Below are positions 1 to 9,092 of a DNA stretch of 55,229 nt, piece by piece. The position numbers and the translations under genes are program-made. Where the stretch lies: the IMG/VR virus record IMGVR_UViG_3300012147_000007, positions 62,001-117,229 of that record. One strand, written 5' to 3'. The DNA is from an uncultured virus (IMG/VR IMGVR_UViG_3300012147_000007). Taxonomy: Duplodnaviria > Heunggongvirae > Uroviricota > Caudoviricetes. Under the pieces are notes generated by a model, which worked only from the letters and a program-made list of their open reading frames with translations, was not told the DNA's origin and did no database searches. How positions within the stretch are numbered: the first letter of the stretch is position 1; every line of letters begins with the position of its first letter.

Positions 1-1422
1 AACTCTCTCCAGGCGTTTTTTTCCAAGCTTGTCGTAAATTCCGCACTCCTGAAGAACTTCTGGAGAAACAGAATTAACAACAACACACTCATCAAACTCA
101 CGCCCTTTACTCTTGTGTATTGTAGTAATAAATTTCTTAGACTTTTTGAACTGCTCTATGAACGTCATTAATTGGGCATCATTTTCGAAGTGACCCTTGA
201 AGTTATTCATTTTACCTCTAAGGTGAGAATCTACATCTCCTCCTTTGTATTTCTTAATATCAGCATCGTTGATGAAATTGAAGTACTTCATTGGAACCTT
301 CCTCTTTAGCAGTTCTTTCTCAAGTTTTCTAATTGTAGCATTTGTCCTAACCAGCACAACAACTTCTCCTGGTTGTTTCAACAATTCAACAAGCTCATCT
401 AACCTAAGCATCACTTTCCTGTCAACATCACCTTTGTCTGCGCTATTTGCAGTCGCTGTAAGAGACGAATACTTATTTGAGTTCTCTACAATCAACTCAT
501 CACTTCTAAAGTTGACAGAGAGGCTCATTTCGGTAACATCACGCCTTTTCTTTAGCATTGACTCAAGTTTGCTACAGTTTGCTCCAGAGTATCCATAAAT
601 ACTTTGATTACGGTCACCAATTAAATAGTAATACTTAGCATTTAACGAAAGAAGTGTTTGAAGCTGTATAGTACTCGTATCTTGATACTCATCTACAAAT
701 ATGTAATCATACTTATCTCTAAACATCTTAAGCCACTTATTCTCTCTTAATAAATCACGAACCTCAATAAGCATGTCAGAAAAATCTCTTTTCTTTGTTA
801 CTCTTAAGAATTTTCTGTAATCATTATAAAACTGAGGAACTGGAGCCTTTACATTATCAGCAGACTGCAACTTAAATGAACCTATAGCTGAAGACAGCTG
901 TTCAGCATCTTCATACATGTTTGCAATAAGTTCAAAGTGAGCCTCTTTTTGTTCTTTAGTAGCGTGACTACTTGGTTTATGCTCTTGTCTGAACCAGTTT
1001 AAAAACTCATAAAATGACGCTATCGCTTTATACTTTTTCATACTGGCAAGCAAACTATTAGAGAATGCATGTATAGTAGTAATCGTACAACCCTGTCCAT
1101 GAGAACTTACTTTCTCACGAACTTGAATCCCTGCAGACGCAACCCTTTCTCTAAGCTCATCAGTGGCAGCTTTTGTGAAACTGAAAAATATAATCTTGTT
1201 TGGGTCAACACCTCTATCAACAAGAGACTTTAACCTTTGAACACAACTGAATGACTTTCCTGAACCAGCTGTTGCCGCAAGTATTAAAGAATCTTTTTCT
1301 GAATAATTTATAAATGCACTCTGCTCATCTGTATATTGAATCTCTGATTTTTTTGCGTGCGATGTACCTTCGAATAAATCAACTTGACCTCTGTCTATTG
1401 TAATTTCTTTCTTTTTTCCCAT
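1..1422 (-). CDS. uvrD: UvrD/Rep (SF1) DNA helicase, 3' end runs off the window
   Basis: Not in the ORF track; translated by hand from ATG at 1422: MGKKKEITIDRG...YTDEQ...ATAGSGKS (Walker A), FSFTKAA, IFVDEYQDTS (Walker B), IGDRNQSIYGYSGA, TTIHKSKGREFD. Confidence 0.93.
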   Translation of the reverse strand, partial: MGKKKEITIDRGQVDLFEGTSHAKKSEIQYTDEQSAFINYSEKDSLILAATAGSGKSFSCVQRLKSLVDRGVDPNKIIFFSFTKAATDELRERVASAGIQVREKVSSHGQGCTITTIHAFSNSLLASMKKYKAIASFYEFLNWFRQEHKPSSHATKEQKEAHFELIANMYEDAEQLSSAIGSFKLQSADNVKAPVPQFYNDYRKFLRVTKKRDFSDMLIEVRDLLRENKWLKMFRDKYDYIFVDEYQDTSTIQLQTLLSLNAKYYYLIGDRNQSIYGYSGANCSKLESMLKKRRDVTEMSLSVNFRSDELIVENSNKYSSLTATANSADKGDVDRKVMLRLDELVELLKQPGEVVVLVRTNATIRKLEKELLKRKVPMKYFNFINDADIKKYKGGDVDSHLRGKMNNFKGHFENDAQLMTFIEQFKKSKKFITTIHKSKGREFDECVVVNSVSPEVLQECGIYDKLGKKRLERV

Positions 1423-2231
1423 TTTAAAATTTCTTTTTCTAAAATCGCTTCAATATTTTTCTTATCATAATATGGTATTCTTAAAAGCTTTTTATTTGTT
1501 TTTTTGCAAAATTCATTTTTTATAGAATCATTTTCTTTAATCTTTTTAAAGTTCGAATCACTCTTTTTTGAAATTGTGAATCTGGGCTCAAAATGCTGCT
1601 CTCCATCATATTCAATGCACATATCATAATTTGGAAGGTAAAAGTCAAATGGAAGGTAGTTAATATTCTTACATTCATCAAATTTCTTTTGAGATTCATA
1701 TAAAACCCTTTTGTTATCCAAGAATCTTTTGACCTCCCTTTCTCCGTGAGACAATCTACACCTTGGACACCCTTGTCCAGCTTTATGTTTCCCTGGAGAC
1801 TGTTCAAAAACGCCATGATTTTCACAAATTATTTTAACTTTAGTTTTATCACCAACATATTCAACTAATGAATAATTATAATTATCTCCATGTACTTCTG
1901 CAAACCTTTTTATAGCATCAGATTTATCGTCTGTTTTCTCTTCTTTTGCACAACAAGGACATCCTATACCTTTTAAATGATTCCATATACATTGCTCAAA
2001 AACTCCATGTTTTTTACAAATTATCTTAGCCTTATCTTTAACTTTTTCATACCAAACCAAAGAATAGTCATATCTGCCGCTATGGACTTCAATGGCTTTG
2101 TTTATATTTTTCTCAACCCTATCTTTTTTTGATTTTTCGTAACATATCTTACATCTGGTTCCATTGTTTGGGATAATTATCCTACCTCCATCTGGATGTA
2201 GTTTACACTTTCTTGTTCTAACTTTTTTCAT
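1395..2231 (-). mobile_element. Free-standing putative homing endonuclease: Zn-ribbon/HGxxYxYSLVxY repeats plus C-terminal Vsr/PD-(D/E)XK-like nuclease
   Basis: Two HxxxY(D/N)YSLVxY...IICxxHGVFEQ...H..G.GCPxC repeats; C-terminal PFDFYLP...IEYDGEQHF...ND..KN..C...LLRIPY; overlaps the uvrD start. Confidence 0.8.
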
Positions 2232-2306
2232 CTTTATCCTTTTCTATAAATAGGATAAAAGATTTTAAAAGAGCCGAAAAAACTTTTTAGTGCGCAACTA
2301 TGAAGG

Positions 2307-2351
2307 TTAATTTATAGGGTCAACCACTAAGTTTATCTTTTTCTTGGCCAT
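2307..2351 (-). pseudogene. Orphan N-terminal stub MAKKKINLVVDPIN*, possible former start of uvrD
   Basis: ATG 6 nt after the dnaQ-like stop; resembles the present UvrD start MGKKKEITID. Confidence 0.45.
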
Positions 2352-2357
2352 AATATA

Positions 2358-3197
2358 TTAAACGTTTTGAGCCTGAGCTTGTTTTGCTTTTTCTGTGATT
2401 TTTCTAAGCAACAACTTAGTGTCTCCAGGCATATCTGAAGCATTAACACACCAATCATAGTAACTTGCATCAGCAAGCATCATATCGCCAATAAGATTGT
2501 TTTTGTACTTACCAAAATTAAACACTGGTCTTCCGTCATTATTTAAAATGATATTACCACGTACATCAAGAGCTTTTTTGTTTCTATTGAAGTTGTCATG
2601 AAGAGTGTTTGGGTTTGTATTTATAAACCTTGCATCCTCAGGATAAGCGGCAACCATTCCATTAAAAATGTTTACAGACTCAATATTTGCTTGCTCTGAT
2701 TTAATTGGAGTATCCTCAAGAGTTTTTCCAGTATATCTTTCGATAGCTGCTCTGAAATCTCTTCTCTCCATATTGTGATATATTGAACTTAAGTCAATAA
2801 TGTTTCTACCAACAATTGTAAATTCTATACCAGCATTATTAAACTCTTCTGTTAAGAATTTAAGGTCAAAATTTGTAAGGCTAAATCCAGCAAAATCAGC
2901 ATCTCCTATAAACGAATATAAAGCTGCCGCAATTTCTTTGAAAGATTGGGCACCTGCAACATCTGCATCTGTCAAACCATTCAACAATGAAGCTTCGTCT
3001 GGAATTGACATTCCTGGATTCACCAACTTAGTAGCAATTTGAACTTGCCTTTCAGTGTCAACTTTAATTATAGAAATTTCTATGATTCTATCAGCTGGTT
3101 TGTCGCTGTCTCTTTTTTGAACTGGTTCTAATCCAGTTGTAGCAACCTTTAAAAATACCAAAGGTTTCTTAAGGTTTAATTTTAAATCTAAACTCAT
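2358..3197 (-). CDS. DNA polymerase III epsilon-like (DEDDh) protein of Bacteroidota type, catalytic residues degenerate
   Basis: LNLKKPLVF..TTG, DRIIEISIIK, VNPGMSIP, FKEIA, NFDL..L.EEF, IYH.ME.R, FNFGKYK, YYDW. ExoI DxE reads KVA; ExoIII HxAxxD is absent. Confidence 0.85.
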   Translation of the reverse strand: MSLDLKLNLKKPLVFLKVATTGLEPVQKRDSDKPADRIIEISIIKVDTERQVQIATKLVNPGMSIPDEASLLNGLTDADVAGAQSFKEIAAALYSFIGDADFAGFSLTNFDLKFLTEEFNNAGIEFTIVGRNIIDLSSIYHNMERRDFRAAIERYTGKTLEDTPIKSEQANIESVNIFNGMVAAYPEDARFINTNPNTLHDNFNRNKKALDVRGNIILNNDGRPVFNFGKYKNNLIGDMMLADASYYDWCVNASDMPGDTKLLLRKITEKAKQAQAQNV

Positions 3198-3225
3198 CTC
3201 TTCTAAATTTTTGTTATTTATAAAG

Positions 3226-3233
3226 CGAATATA
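3226..3233 (-). promoter_or_regulatory. Variant Bacteroidota -7 promoter box (TATATTCG)
   Basis: One mismatch to TAnnTTTG, about 30 nt upstream of the dnaQ-like start. Confidence 0.45.
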
Positions 3234-3242
3234 GTGAAAATA

Positions 3243-3506
3243 TTACACAAACTCACCATTGATGTAATTATTTCTTTCTTTTATTTTTTCATCACTCCAA
3301 TTTTCTTGTACAGATTTGACAAAATTAACCTCCGTTTTTGAGGTCCAAAACAACTTTTTATAATCACTATTATATGTTTCAAAAAAAAGAAGACCGTCCT
3401 CGTCTTCTTTTATTAAGATGAGCTCTTGGCTATGTGGAATAACTTCGCCATCACCCATCTCTTTGTTTTTAACTAATATATAATAATCTACATTAACTTC
3501 TTTCAT
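3243..3506 (-). CDS. Hypothetical protein (87 aa)
   Basis: TAATG-coupled to the sigma factor gene. Confidence 0.7.
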   Translation of the reverse strand: MKEVNVDYYILVKNKEMGDGEVIPHSQELILIKEDEDGLLFFETYNSDYKKLFWTSKTEVNFVKSVQENWSDEKIKERNNYINGEFV

Positions 3507-4402
3507 TATCTAATTTCACAATTTAAAAACTCTTTTAGTTTTGAACTATTATTAAACGTTCTTAACTTTTTAAGAGCAAATTCTTTAATCTGTCTAACTC
3601 TTTCGTTTGTTAGACCAATTTTATTTCCTATTTCAGCAAGAGTCATCTCTTCTCCTCCATCAAGTCCAAAATACATCTTTAAGATAACACCTTCTCTTTC
3701 TGTCAACTCATCTAAAACGTCTTCTATTTCAGTCTGAAGAGCATGTTTATTCATTCCGTTTTCCATCTCTCTTAATCCATCTCCAGCCATTGACTCGTGA
3801 AGTTCTGTAGCAGACTCATCTGACACAGTTGTGTTAAGAGAAATCTCTATGCCATTATCGGTATAAGCATTCCTAACCTCTTTTTCAGACAAAGTTGACT
3901 TCCCTTCTTCTTCATTGTAATAAAAATTACTAATCTCTTTTATAGTCGGCTCCCTACTAAGCTCTTTAGAAAGCGCTTCCGTAGCCTTTATCACCTTATT
4001 GATTGCATTGATTCTATTCACTGGCAATCTAACTGAACTTCCATTTTCGTATGCTGATTGCAATATAGATTGTCTAATCCACCAAACCGCATAAGAAATA
4101 AACATAAACCCCTTAGTGTCATCAAAACGCTCTACGGCTTTTATTAAACCTAAGTTACCTTCTTGAATTAAATCTTCCAGCGGCATCCCAGTATATGTGT
4201 ATTCTTTTGCAACTGATAGAACAAATCTTAAATTACTCTCAATCAATTCTTTTAAAGCCCTTTGGTCTCCGTCTCTGGCTTTTATAGCTAATTTTACTTG
4301 CTCCTTTCCATCAACCTGGTCATACCTTCTAACTTCTTTGTAATAGCACTTAAGCGACAAGTTGTCTCTTTGCATTGTTTCATCTCCTTTCAACATATTC
4401 AT
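3506..4402 (-). CDS. rpoD: Sigma-70 family RNA polymerase sigma factor, RpoD/SigA-like without region 1.1
   Basis: SNLRFVLSVAKEY, DLIQEGNLGLIKAVERFD, FISYAVWWIRQSILQ, VRLPVN, MTLAEIG...LTNERVRQIKEFALKKLR. Confidence 0.95.
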   Translation of the reverse strand: MNMLKGDETMQRDNLSLKCYYKEVRRYDQVDGKEQVKLAIKARDGDQRALKELIESNLRFVLSVAKEYTYTGMPLEDLIQEGNLGLIKAVERFDDTKGFMFISYAVWWIRQSILQSAYENGSSVRLPVNRINAINKVIKATEALSKELSREPTIKEISNFYYNEEEGKSTLSEKEVRNAYTDNGIEISLNTTVSDESATELHESMAGDGLREMENGMNKHALQTEIEDVLDELTEREGVILKMYFGLDGGEEMTLAEIGNKIGLTNERVRQIKEFALKKLRTFNNSSKLKEFLNCEIR

Positions 4403-4413
4403 CCTATTATTTA

Positions 4414-4854
4414 TTAATCATTCCAGTTAAGCTGGGAAATGAATTTTTTGAACTTATTAAAGTCCTCTTCGTTGTCAATGTTTATAGCAGTTGTGCTTTC
4501 ATTACCTTCTGAGTCAGCTCCAGTGGTATGTACTTGAAGGAACCTGCTTTCTTGCCCTCTTTCTCTAAAGCTAATCAAATCAACTTCTATAATACCAGAA
4601 ATTTGCCCTTCAGGGTTTTTTGTTTCAAGTCTTATAAAAGTATTACTACCTTCCTCTGTGAGAACGTTGTCCGCAGATTCATGATGTGATAAATTAGTAG
4701 CAGGTGCCGTAGGTGCCGTAGGTGCCACTGCAGGTATTGCTGTAATCTTTTGTTCTTCTTGTACTTCTTGTACTGGAGGCCCCGTTTGTATGCTTCCCTG
4801 CGATGGGATTGCATTGCCAGGAAACACTCCTCTGTTGTTGTTATTATTTTCCAT
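4414..4854 (-). CDS. Hypothetical protein with low-complexity N-terminus
   Basis: ORF track. Start moved to ATG 4854 because the TTG at 4881 lies inside a TATATTTG promoter box. Confidence 0.7.
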   Translation of the reverse strand: MENNNNNRGVFPGNAIPSQGSIQTGPPVQEVQEEQKITAIPAVAPTAPTAPATNLSHHESADNVLTEEGSNTFIRLETKNPEGQISGIIEVDLISFRERGQESRFLQVHTTGADSEGNESTTAINIDNEEDFNKFKKFISQLNWND

Positions 4855-4878
4855 TATTCCACAATTTTTTATTATAAA

Positions 4879-4886
4879 CAAATATA
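4879..4886 (-). promoter_or_regulatory. Bacteroidota-type -7 promoter box TATATTTG
   Basis: Exact TAnnTTTG just downstream of a terminator, heading the hypothetical-sigma unit. Confidence 0.65.
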
Positions 4887-4889
4887 GTC

Positions 4890-4922
4890 AAAAAAAGAGC
4901 GGATTCCAAATTGGAACGCTCT
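4890..4922 (-). terminator. Intrinsic terminator
   Basis: AGAGCG-TTCCAA / TTGGAA-CGCTCT stem followed by a U-tract on the minus strand. Confidence 0.7.
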
Positions 4923-4960
4923 AATCTCTTATTTTTTATAAAATTATAAATTTATTTTTT

Positions 4961-5617
4961 CTACACTGCACTTTGAACCGTTACAGCGTCAATGACTTGT
5001 TCTAATATTTCTTCTTTTAAGTCATCAAAAGATAATCTCTTTTTTGTATTCTTTGCATATATCAACTCCTCATTTGGTTCGTCAATATACCATTTTGCAT
5101 TACCAATCTCAACAGTTGGAAAATCGAGCTTCACCTTCTTTCTCTGACCCTTACCTTGTCTGTGAGATTTTTTTTCTAAAGTATCAAAATCAACAGTCCC
5201 ATCAGCATTTTTATCTGCTGTATCGTAAAATTTCTTTAATTGAGAAATTGACATTTGATGGTCGGTCCTGGTATCTTGCTGCAATTGGTTTGAGTTTCTA
5301 AAAAATATTGTCGTAATAACATTATCTCTCACAACTGCCCAAAGCTCATCCCCAACAGAAACATGCCCAGTCTCTGGGTCTTTAGATGAATATACAACTG
5401 GATATTTCTTTATCTGTATTGATGCTGATTCATATTCAGGAAAATTAACTCTCTTAATCAAATCTACAGCACCTTTTATTTCATCGTAATTAAACTTAGG
5501 TCTTGTATACATAGTGCTTGAAAGCCTGTCATGAACTCTATCTTTAAAGTGAGTTGATGGCGCTGCTTCATTAAACACTTCCATTATTATGTTTCTTATT
5601 TCTTGTTGAATGTCCAT
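4961..5617 (-). CDS. Hypothetical protein, possible virion-internal protein
   Basis: 218 aa; N-terminal EIRNIIMEVFNE motif; TAATG-coupled to the upstream gene. Confidence 0.75.
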   Translation of the reverse strand: MDIQQEIRNIIMEVFNEAAPSTHFKDRVHDRLSSTMYTRPKFNYDEIKGAVDLIKRVNFPEYESASIQIKKYPVVYSSKDPETGHVSVGDELWAVVRDNVITTIFFRNSNQLQQDTRTDHQMSISQLKKFYDTADKNADGTVDFDTLEKKSHRQGKGQRKKVKLDFPTVEIGNAKWYIDEPNEELIYAKNTKKRLSFDDLKEEILEQVIDAVTVQSAV

Positions 5618-5925
5618 TAAAAAGTGTCTTTATATTTTAAGATTTGCTGCATTTTAACAGCATCCAATACAGTACCTCCTTTAAGAGTCATTGTGTATTC
5701 TTTAGATATTGCATTTTGAATCTCTTCGAAACTCAATCTGGTGTCATCAACCAAGAAACCTCTCTCTGAAAATGTGATAACATATTCAGATTCTGTGCCG
5801 CCATTAAACCTGACTGCTTTTGGCTTCATCTTAACCTTTGGTGCTGGAGCTTGCATAGGAGGAAACTCCTCGCTCAATAATGCGCCTTTTAAAATGCTTG
5901 AAATCTCTTCTCTTAATTCGTCCAT
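5617..5925 (-). CDS. Hypothetical protein, possible virion-internal protein
   Basis: Likely ATG at 5925 (MDELREEISSILKG..LLSE), 16 nt downstream of a TATTTATT motif. Confidence 0.7.
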   Translation of the reverse strand: MDELREEISSILKGALLSEEFPPMQAPAPKVKMKPKAVRFNGGTESEYVITFSERGFLVDDTRLSFEEIQNAISKEYTMTLKGGTVLDAVKMQQILKYKDTF

Positions 5926-5953
5926 TGCAGAAATACTTTCTAATAAATAGTCC

Positions 5954-5992
5954 AAAAAAAAAGGTGTTTAACTATTTTAAACACCTTTTTTT
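5954..5992. terminator. Bidirectional intrinsic terminator
   Basis: AAAAAAAGGTGTTTAA-ctatt-TTAAACACCTTTTTTT perfect inverted repeat. Confidence 0.8.
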
Positions 5993-6017
5993 AACAATTT
6001 TATTAGAAATTCTAATT

Positions 6018-6215
6018 TTAGAATTCACCTTTTAACCTGGCCTCCATCATCTTCTTCATGAATTCTTCGTACTTTTTCTTTTCAGCACGTCTCTTGTTGA
6101 TTACAGCTTCTCTTGCTTTAGCAACTTTGATACGAGACTCTCTTAAACGCTTATTTCTTTTTAAGCCTCTTTTTGCCTCTGCCTGTCTTTTTACTCTACT
6201 CTTAGGTTTTTTCAT
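6018..6215 (-). CDS. Small, highly basic helical protein (65 aa)
   Basis: MKKPKSRVKRQAEAKRGLKRNKRLRESRIKV...; very K/R-rich. Confidence 0.65.
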   Translation of the reverse strand: MKKPKSRVKRQAEAKRGLKRNKRLRESRIKVAKAREAVINKRRAEKKKYEEFMKKMMEARLKGEF

Positions 6216-6257
6216 CTTTTCTATTTTTATAAAATATAAGAAACTCATTTTAATAAA

Positions 6258-6504
6258 TCAAATTTTCTCATAATGTTCTTTAAGAAACTTTACTATTTCT
6301 CTCGATGGCACCTGAACCGCTCCGTTATCAATAGCTCTCTTAATCACATCTCCTTTGACATCATAATGAGGCCTATTCTTACCTCGCTTATTTTTCAAAC
6401 CAGCATCTATTTAACCCTATCTCTTCTGCAAACTCATGCAAAGAAGAGATAGTATCAGCAACTAAGTGACACCACCCCTTCCTTGGAAAGTCTATTAAAA
6501 AAAA
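6258..6504 (-). pseudogene. DUF4031-family gene, frameshifted and with no clear start codon
   Basis: Hand translation: LIDFPRKGWCHLVADTISSLHEFAEEIGLNRCWFE, then a +1 shift in the A5 run at 6391-6395, then NKRGKNRPHYDV...RAIDNGAVQVPSREIV. Confidence 0.8.
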
Positions 6505-6512
6505 CTGGTTGA

Positions 6513-9074
6513 TTAGCTTCCACACATCAAACAATCATCTGGATTATCCAGGCTGCAGTTTAAGCCTTTTAAAGCCTCTTCTTCTGCGTCTGATAAGTCA
6601 ACAGTGGGTTTTTCTATAACTGCAACTTGAGAAACCTGAGGCACCACTGGAGCCATTACTTCAGGAATTACTACAACCTCTTCTAATTTTTCAGAAGATT
6701 CTGTGTCAACTCCAAGAGATTTTCTTGCTTCAGCTTTAGCATTGCTTCTTAAGTAGTACATACCAGTTTTAAGCCCTTTTTTCCAACCATAGAACAATGC
6801 TTTGTTTAGTTTTCCAGCATTTGCATCACGAATAAATAAATTCATTGATTGTGATTGACAGATAAAAGCACCTCTATCAGCCGACATATCAATCAAATTG
6901 CTTGCTTTCATTTCCCAAACAGTTTTGTAAACAGACTTAATTTGGTCTGGAATGTTGCTTATAGTTTGAATTGAGCCGCTATTTTGTATCAACTTAACTC
7001 TCATCTCATCACCCCAAAGGCCAAGGTTTATTAAGTCCTCAACCAAATGTCTGTTTACAACAACAAATTCTCCAGACAAGGTATTTCTCTTGTATAAATT
7101 GTTTGTGTAAGGTTCAAAACACTCATTGTTTCCAAGTATCTGAGCAGTAGAGGCAGTTGGCATAGGAGCAAGTAAAAGTGAATTACGAACACCATATTTC
7201 ATTACTGACTTTCTAAGTTTAGACCAATCCCACATTCCAGAAAGCGTTTCCTCATTCACGCCCCATAGGTTAAATTGAAATTGACCCTCAGAAAGAGGAG
7301 AGCCACTAAATGTTTTATATGCTCCATATGCATCTTCAAACTCTTCAGAATCTTGAAGAGTTAATTTCATTGCTTCTTTTCTAACTTTCTTAGATATATC
7401 GTTAGATGCTGTCATAGATGCAAAGTAAATGGTCTCAAAAATATCTTTATTTAACTTTTTAGCTTCATCTGATTCAAAAGGAATACCCATAAGAGCAAAC
7501 GTATCCGCAAGACCCTGCACTCCAATACCAATTGGCCTGTGTCTCATATTCGATTTCTTAGTTTCCTTAGTTGGATACCAATTAACATCAATAACCTGAT
7601 TAAGGTTTAGTGTAGTTTGATATGCGACATCATAAAGTTTTTCAAAATCATATTCTCTCAAATCCTTTTCTTTCGATTTAACTCTACCACTTGGTATTGT
7701 AACCATTTTTGGAAGCGCTATTGAAGCCAGGTTACATACAGCGGATTCATCTGGAGTCGAAACCTCTAAAATTTCTGTACACAAGTTAGAAGATTTGATT
7801 GTACCTATGTTTTTTTGATTTGACTTGTTGTTGGCCGCATCTTTATATAGAATGTAAGGAGTTCCAGTTTCAATCTGAGCCTCAAGTATTTTTGCCCACA
7901 ATTCCCTTGCTGGCATTGTTTTTCTAACTTTACCTTCTGATTCATATTTCTCATACAAAGCTGTAAACGCTTTATTGTCATGTGAATCAAAAACATCAGA
8001 AAGCCCTTGGCATTCATTTGGACACATTAAAGACCAGCTTTTATCTTCTTCAACTCTCTGCATAAACAAATCAGGAACCCAAAGTGCTAAAAATAAGTCT
8101 CTCGCCCTAAGCTCTTCTTTACCATGATTTTTTCTAAGGTCAATAAACTGTTCAACATCAGCATGCCATGGTTCAAGATAAATAGCAAAAGAGCCTTTTC
8201 TTTTACCACCTTGATTTATCCACTTAGCAACTTCATTGTATGTTTTAAGCATTGGAAGTATACCATCAGCATATCCTCCAGTACCTTTTATGTAAGAACC
8301 TTTTGCTCTAACATTATGGATATGAAGACCTATTCCTCCAGCCCACTTAGAAATGTTTGCAACATCCTTAACAGTATCAAACAAAGAATTAATATCGTCA
8401 CCTTTGTTTGCAACCAAGAAACATGAAGACAATTGAGGCTTCGGAGTTCCAGAGTTAAACAAAGTAGGTGTTGCGTGCGTAAATTGACCAGTTGACAATA
8501 ACTCATATGTATTTTGAACTTGTTCAAAGTTATCTCCCCAGATACCCAACGCAACCCTCATATACATGTGTTGAGGTGTTTCAGCTATGTTACCAGCTAT
8601 CTTCAATAAATAGGACCTCTCAAGAGTCTTAAATCCGAAATATTCGAAATCAAGGTCTCTATCATGAACAATCATTGATTCAATTTTTTTACCATTATTT
8701 TGAACCAGGTTATATAACTCTTCTGAAACAAGAGGCGCTGCCTCTCCAGTCTCTGGACTTATATAGTTATACAAATCTTCAACAGTCTCTTTGAAACTCT
8801 TCTTAGTTTCTTTTTTCAAAGAAGTCAATGCTATTCTCGCTGCTAATATAGAATAGTCTGGATGGACTCTTGTCATTGCCGCTGCAGTTTCTGCTGCAAG
8901 CTCATCAAGCTCTTTAGATGTTACTCCATCATAAACACCAGAAATAACCTTCTTGGCTATTTCCATATAATCAACATGCTCAGAATCTAATCCGTATGTT
9001 TGCTTTTTTATTCTTGCTGAAATTTTATCAAACTTCACCGTCTCTTCTGAGCCGTCTCTTTTTATTACTTTCAT
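6513..9074 (-). CDS. nrdA: Class Ia ribonucleotide reductase alpha subunit with ATP cone
   Basis: MKVIKRDG ATP cone, ATPTLFNSG, QLSSCFL, SNLCTEI, VCNLAS, APMPTAST, KTGMYYLR, C-terminal CLMC. Confidence 0.98.
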   Translation of the reverse strand: MKVIKRDGSEETVKFDKISARIKKQTYGLDSEHVDYMEIAKKVISGVYDGVTSKELDELAAETAAAMTRVHPDYSILAARIALTSLKKETKKSFKETVEDLYNYISPETGEAAPLVSEELYNLVQNNGKKIESMIVHDRDLDFEYFGFKTLERSYLLKIAGNIAETPQHMYMRVALGIWGDNFEQVQNTYELLSTGQFTHATPTLFNSGTPKPQLSSCFLVANKGDDINSLFDTVKDVANISKWAGGIGLHIHNVRAKGSYIKGTGGYADGILPMLKTYNEVAKWINQGGKRKGSFAIYLEPWHADVEQFIDLRKNHGKEELRARDLFLALWVPDLFMQRVEEDKSWSLMCPNECQGLSDVFDSHDNKAFTALYEKYESEGKVRKTMPARELWAKILEAQIETGTPYILYKDAANNKSNQKNIGTIKSSNLCTEILEVSTPDESAVCNLASIALPKMVTIPSGRVKSKEKDLREYDFEKLYDVAYQTTLNLNQVIDVNWYPTKETKKSNMRHRPIGIGVQGLADTFALMGIPFESDEAKKLNKDIFETIYFASMTASNDISKKVRKEAMKLTLQDSEEFEDAYGAYKTFSGSPLSEGQFQFNLWGVNEETLSGMWDWSKLRKSVMKYGVRNSLLLAPMPTASTAQILGNNECFEPYTNNLYKRNTLSGEFVVVNRHLVEDLINLGLWGDEMRVKLIQNSGSIQTISNIPDQIKSVYKTVWEMKASNLIDMSADRGAFICQSQSMNLFIRDANAGKLNKALFYGWKKGLKTGMYYLRSNAKAEARKSLGVDTESSEKLEEVVVIPEVMAPVVPQVSQVAVIEKPTVDLSDAEEEALKGLNCSLDNPDDCLMCGS

Positions 9075-9092
9075 ATTTTAACTTATTATTTT

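Noticed and set aside
245..598. Plus-strand 117-aa ORF and the many other short antisense or nested ORFs in the track
   Set aside because: They are shadows of well-supported minus-strand genes (here uvrD) and carry no motifs of their own
6018..6248. Ribosomal protein bS21
   Set aside because: Basic and similar in size, but lacks the ALKRFKR and (F/Y)xKPS signatures
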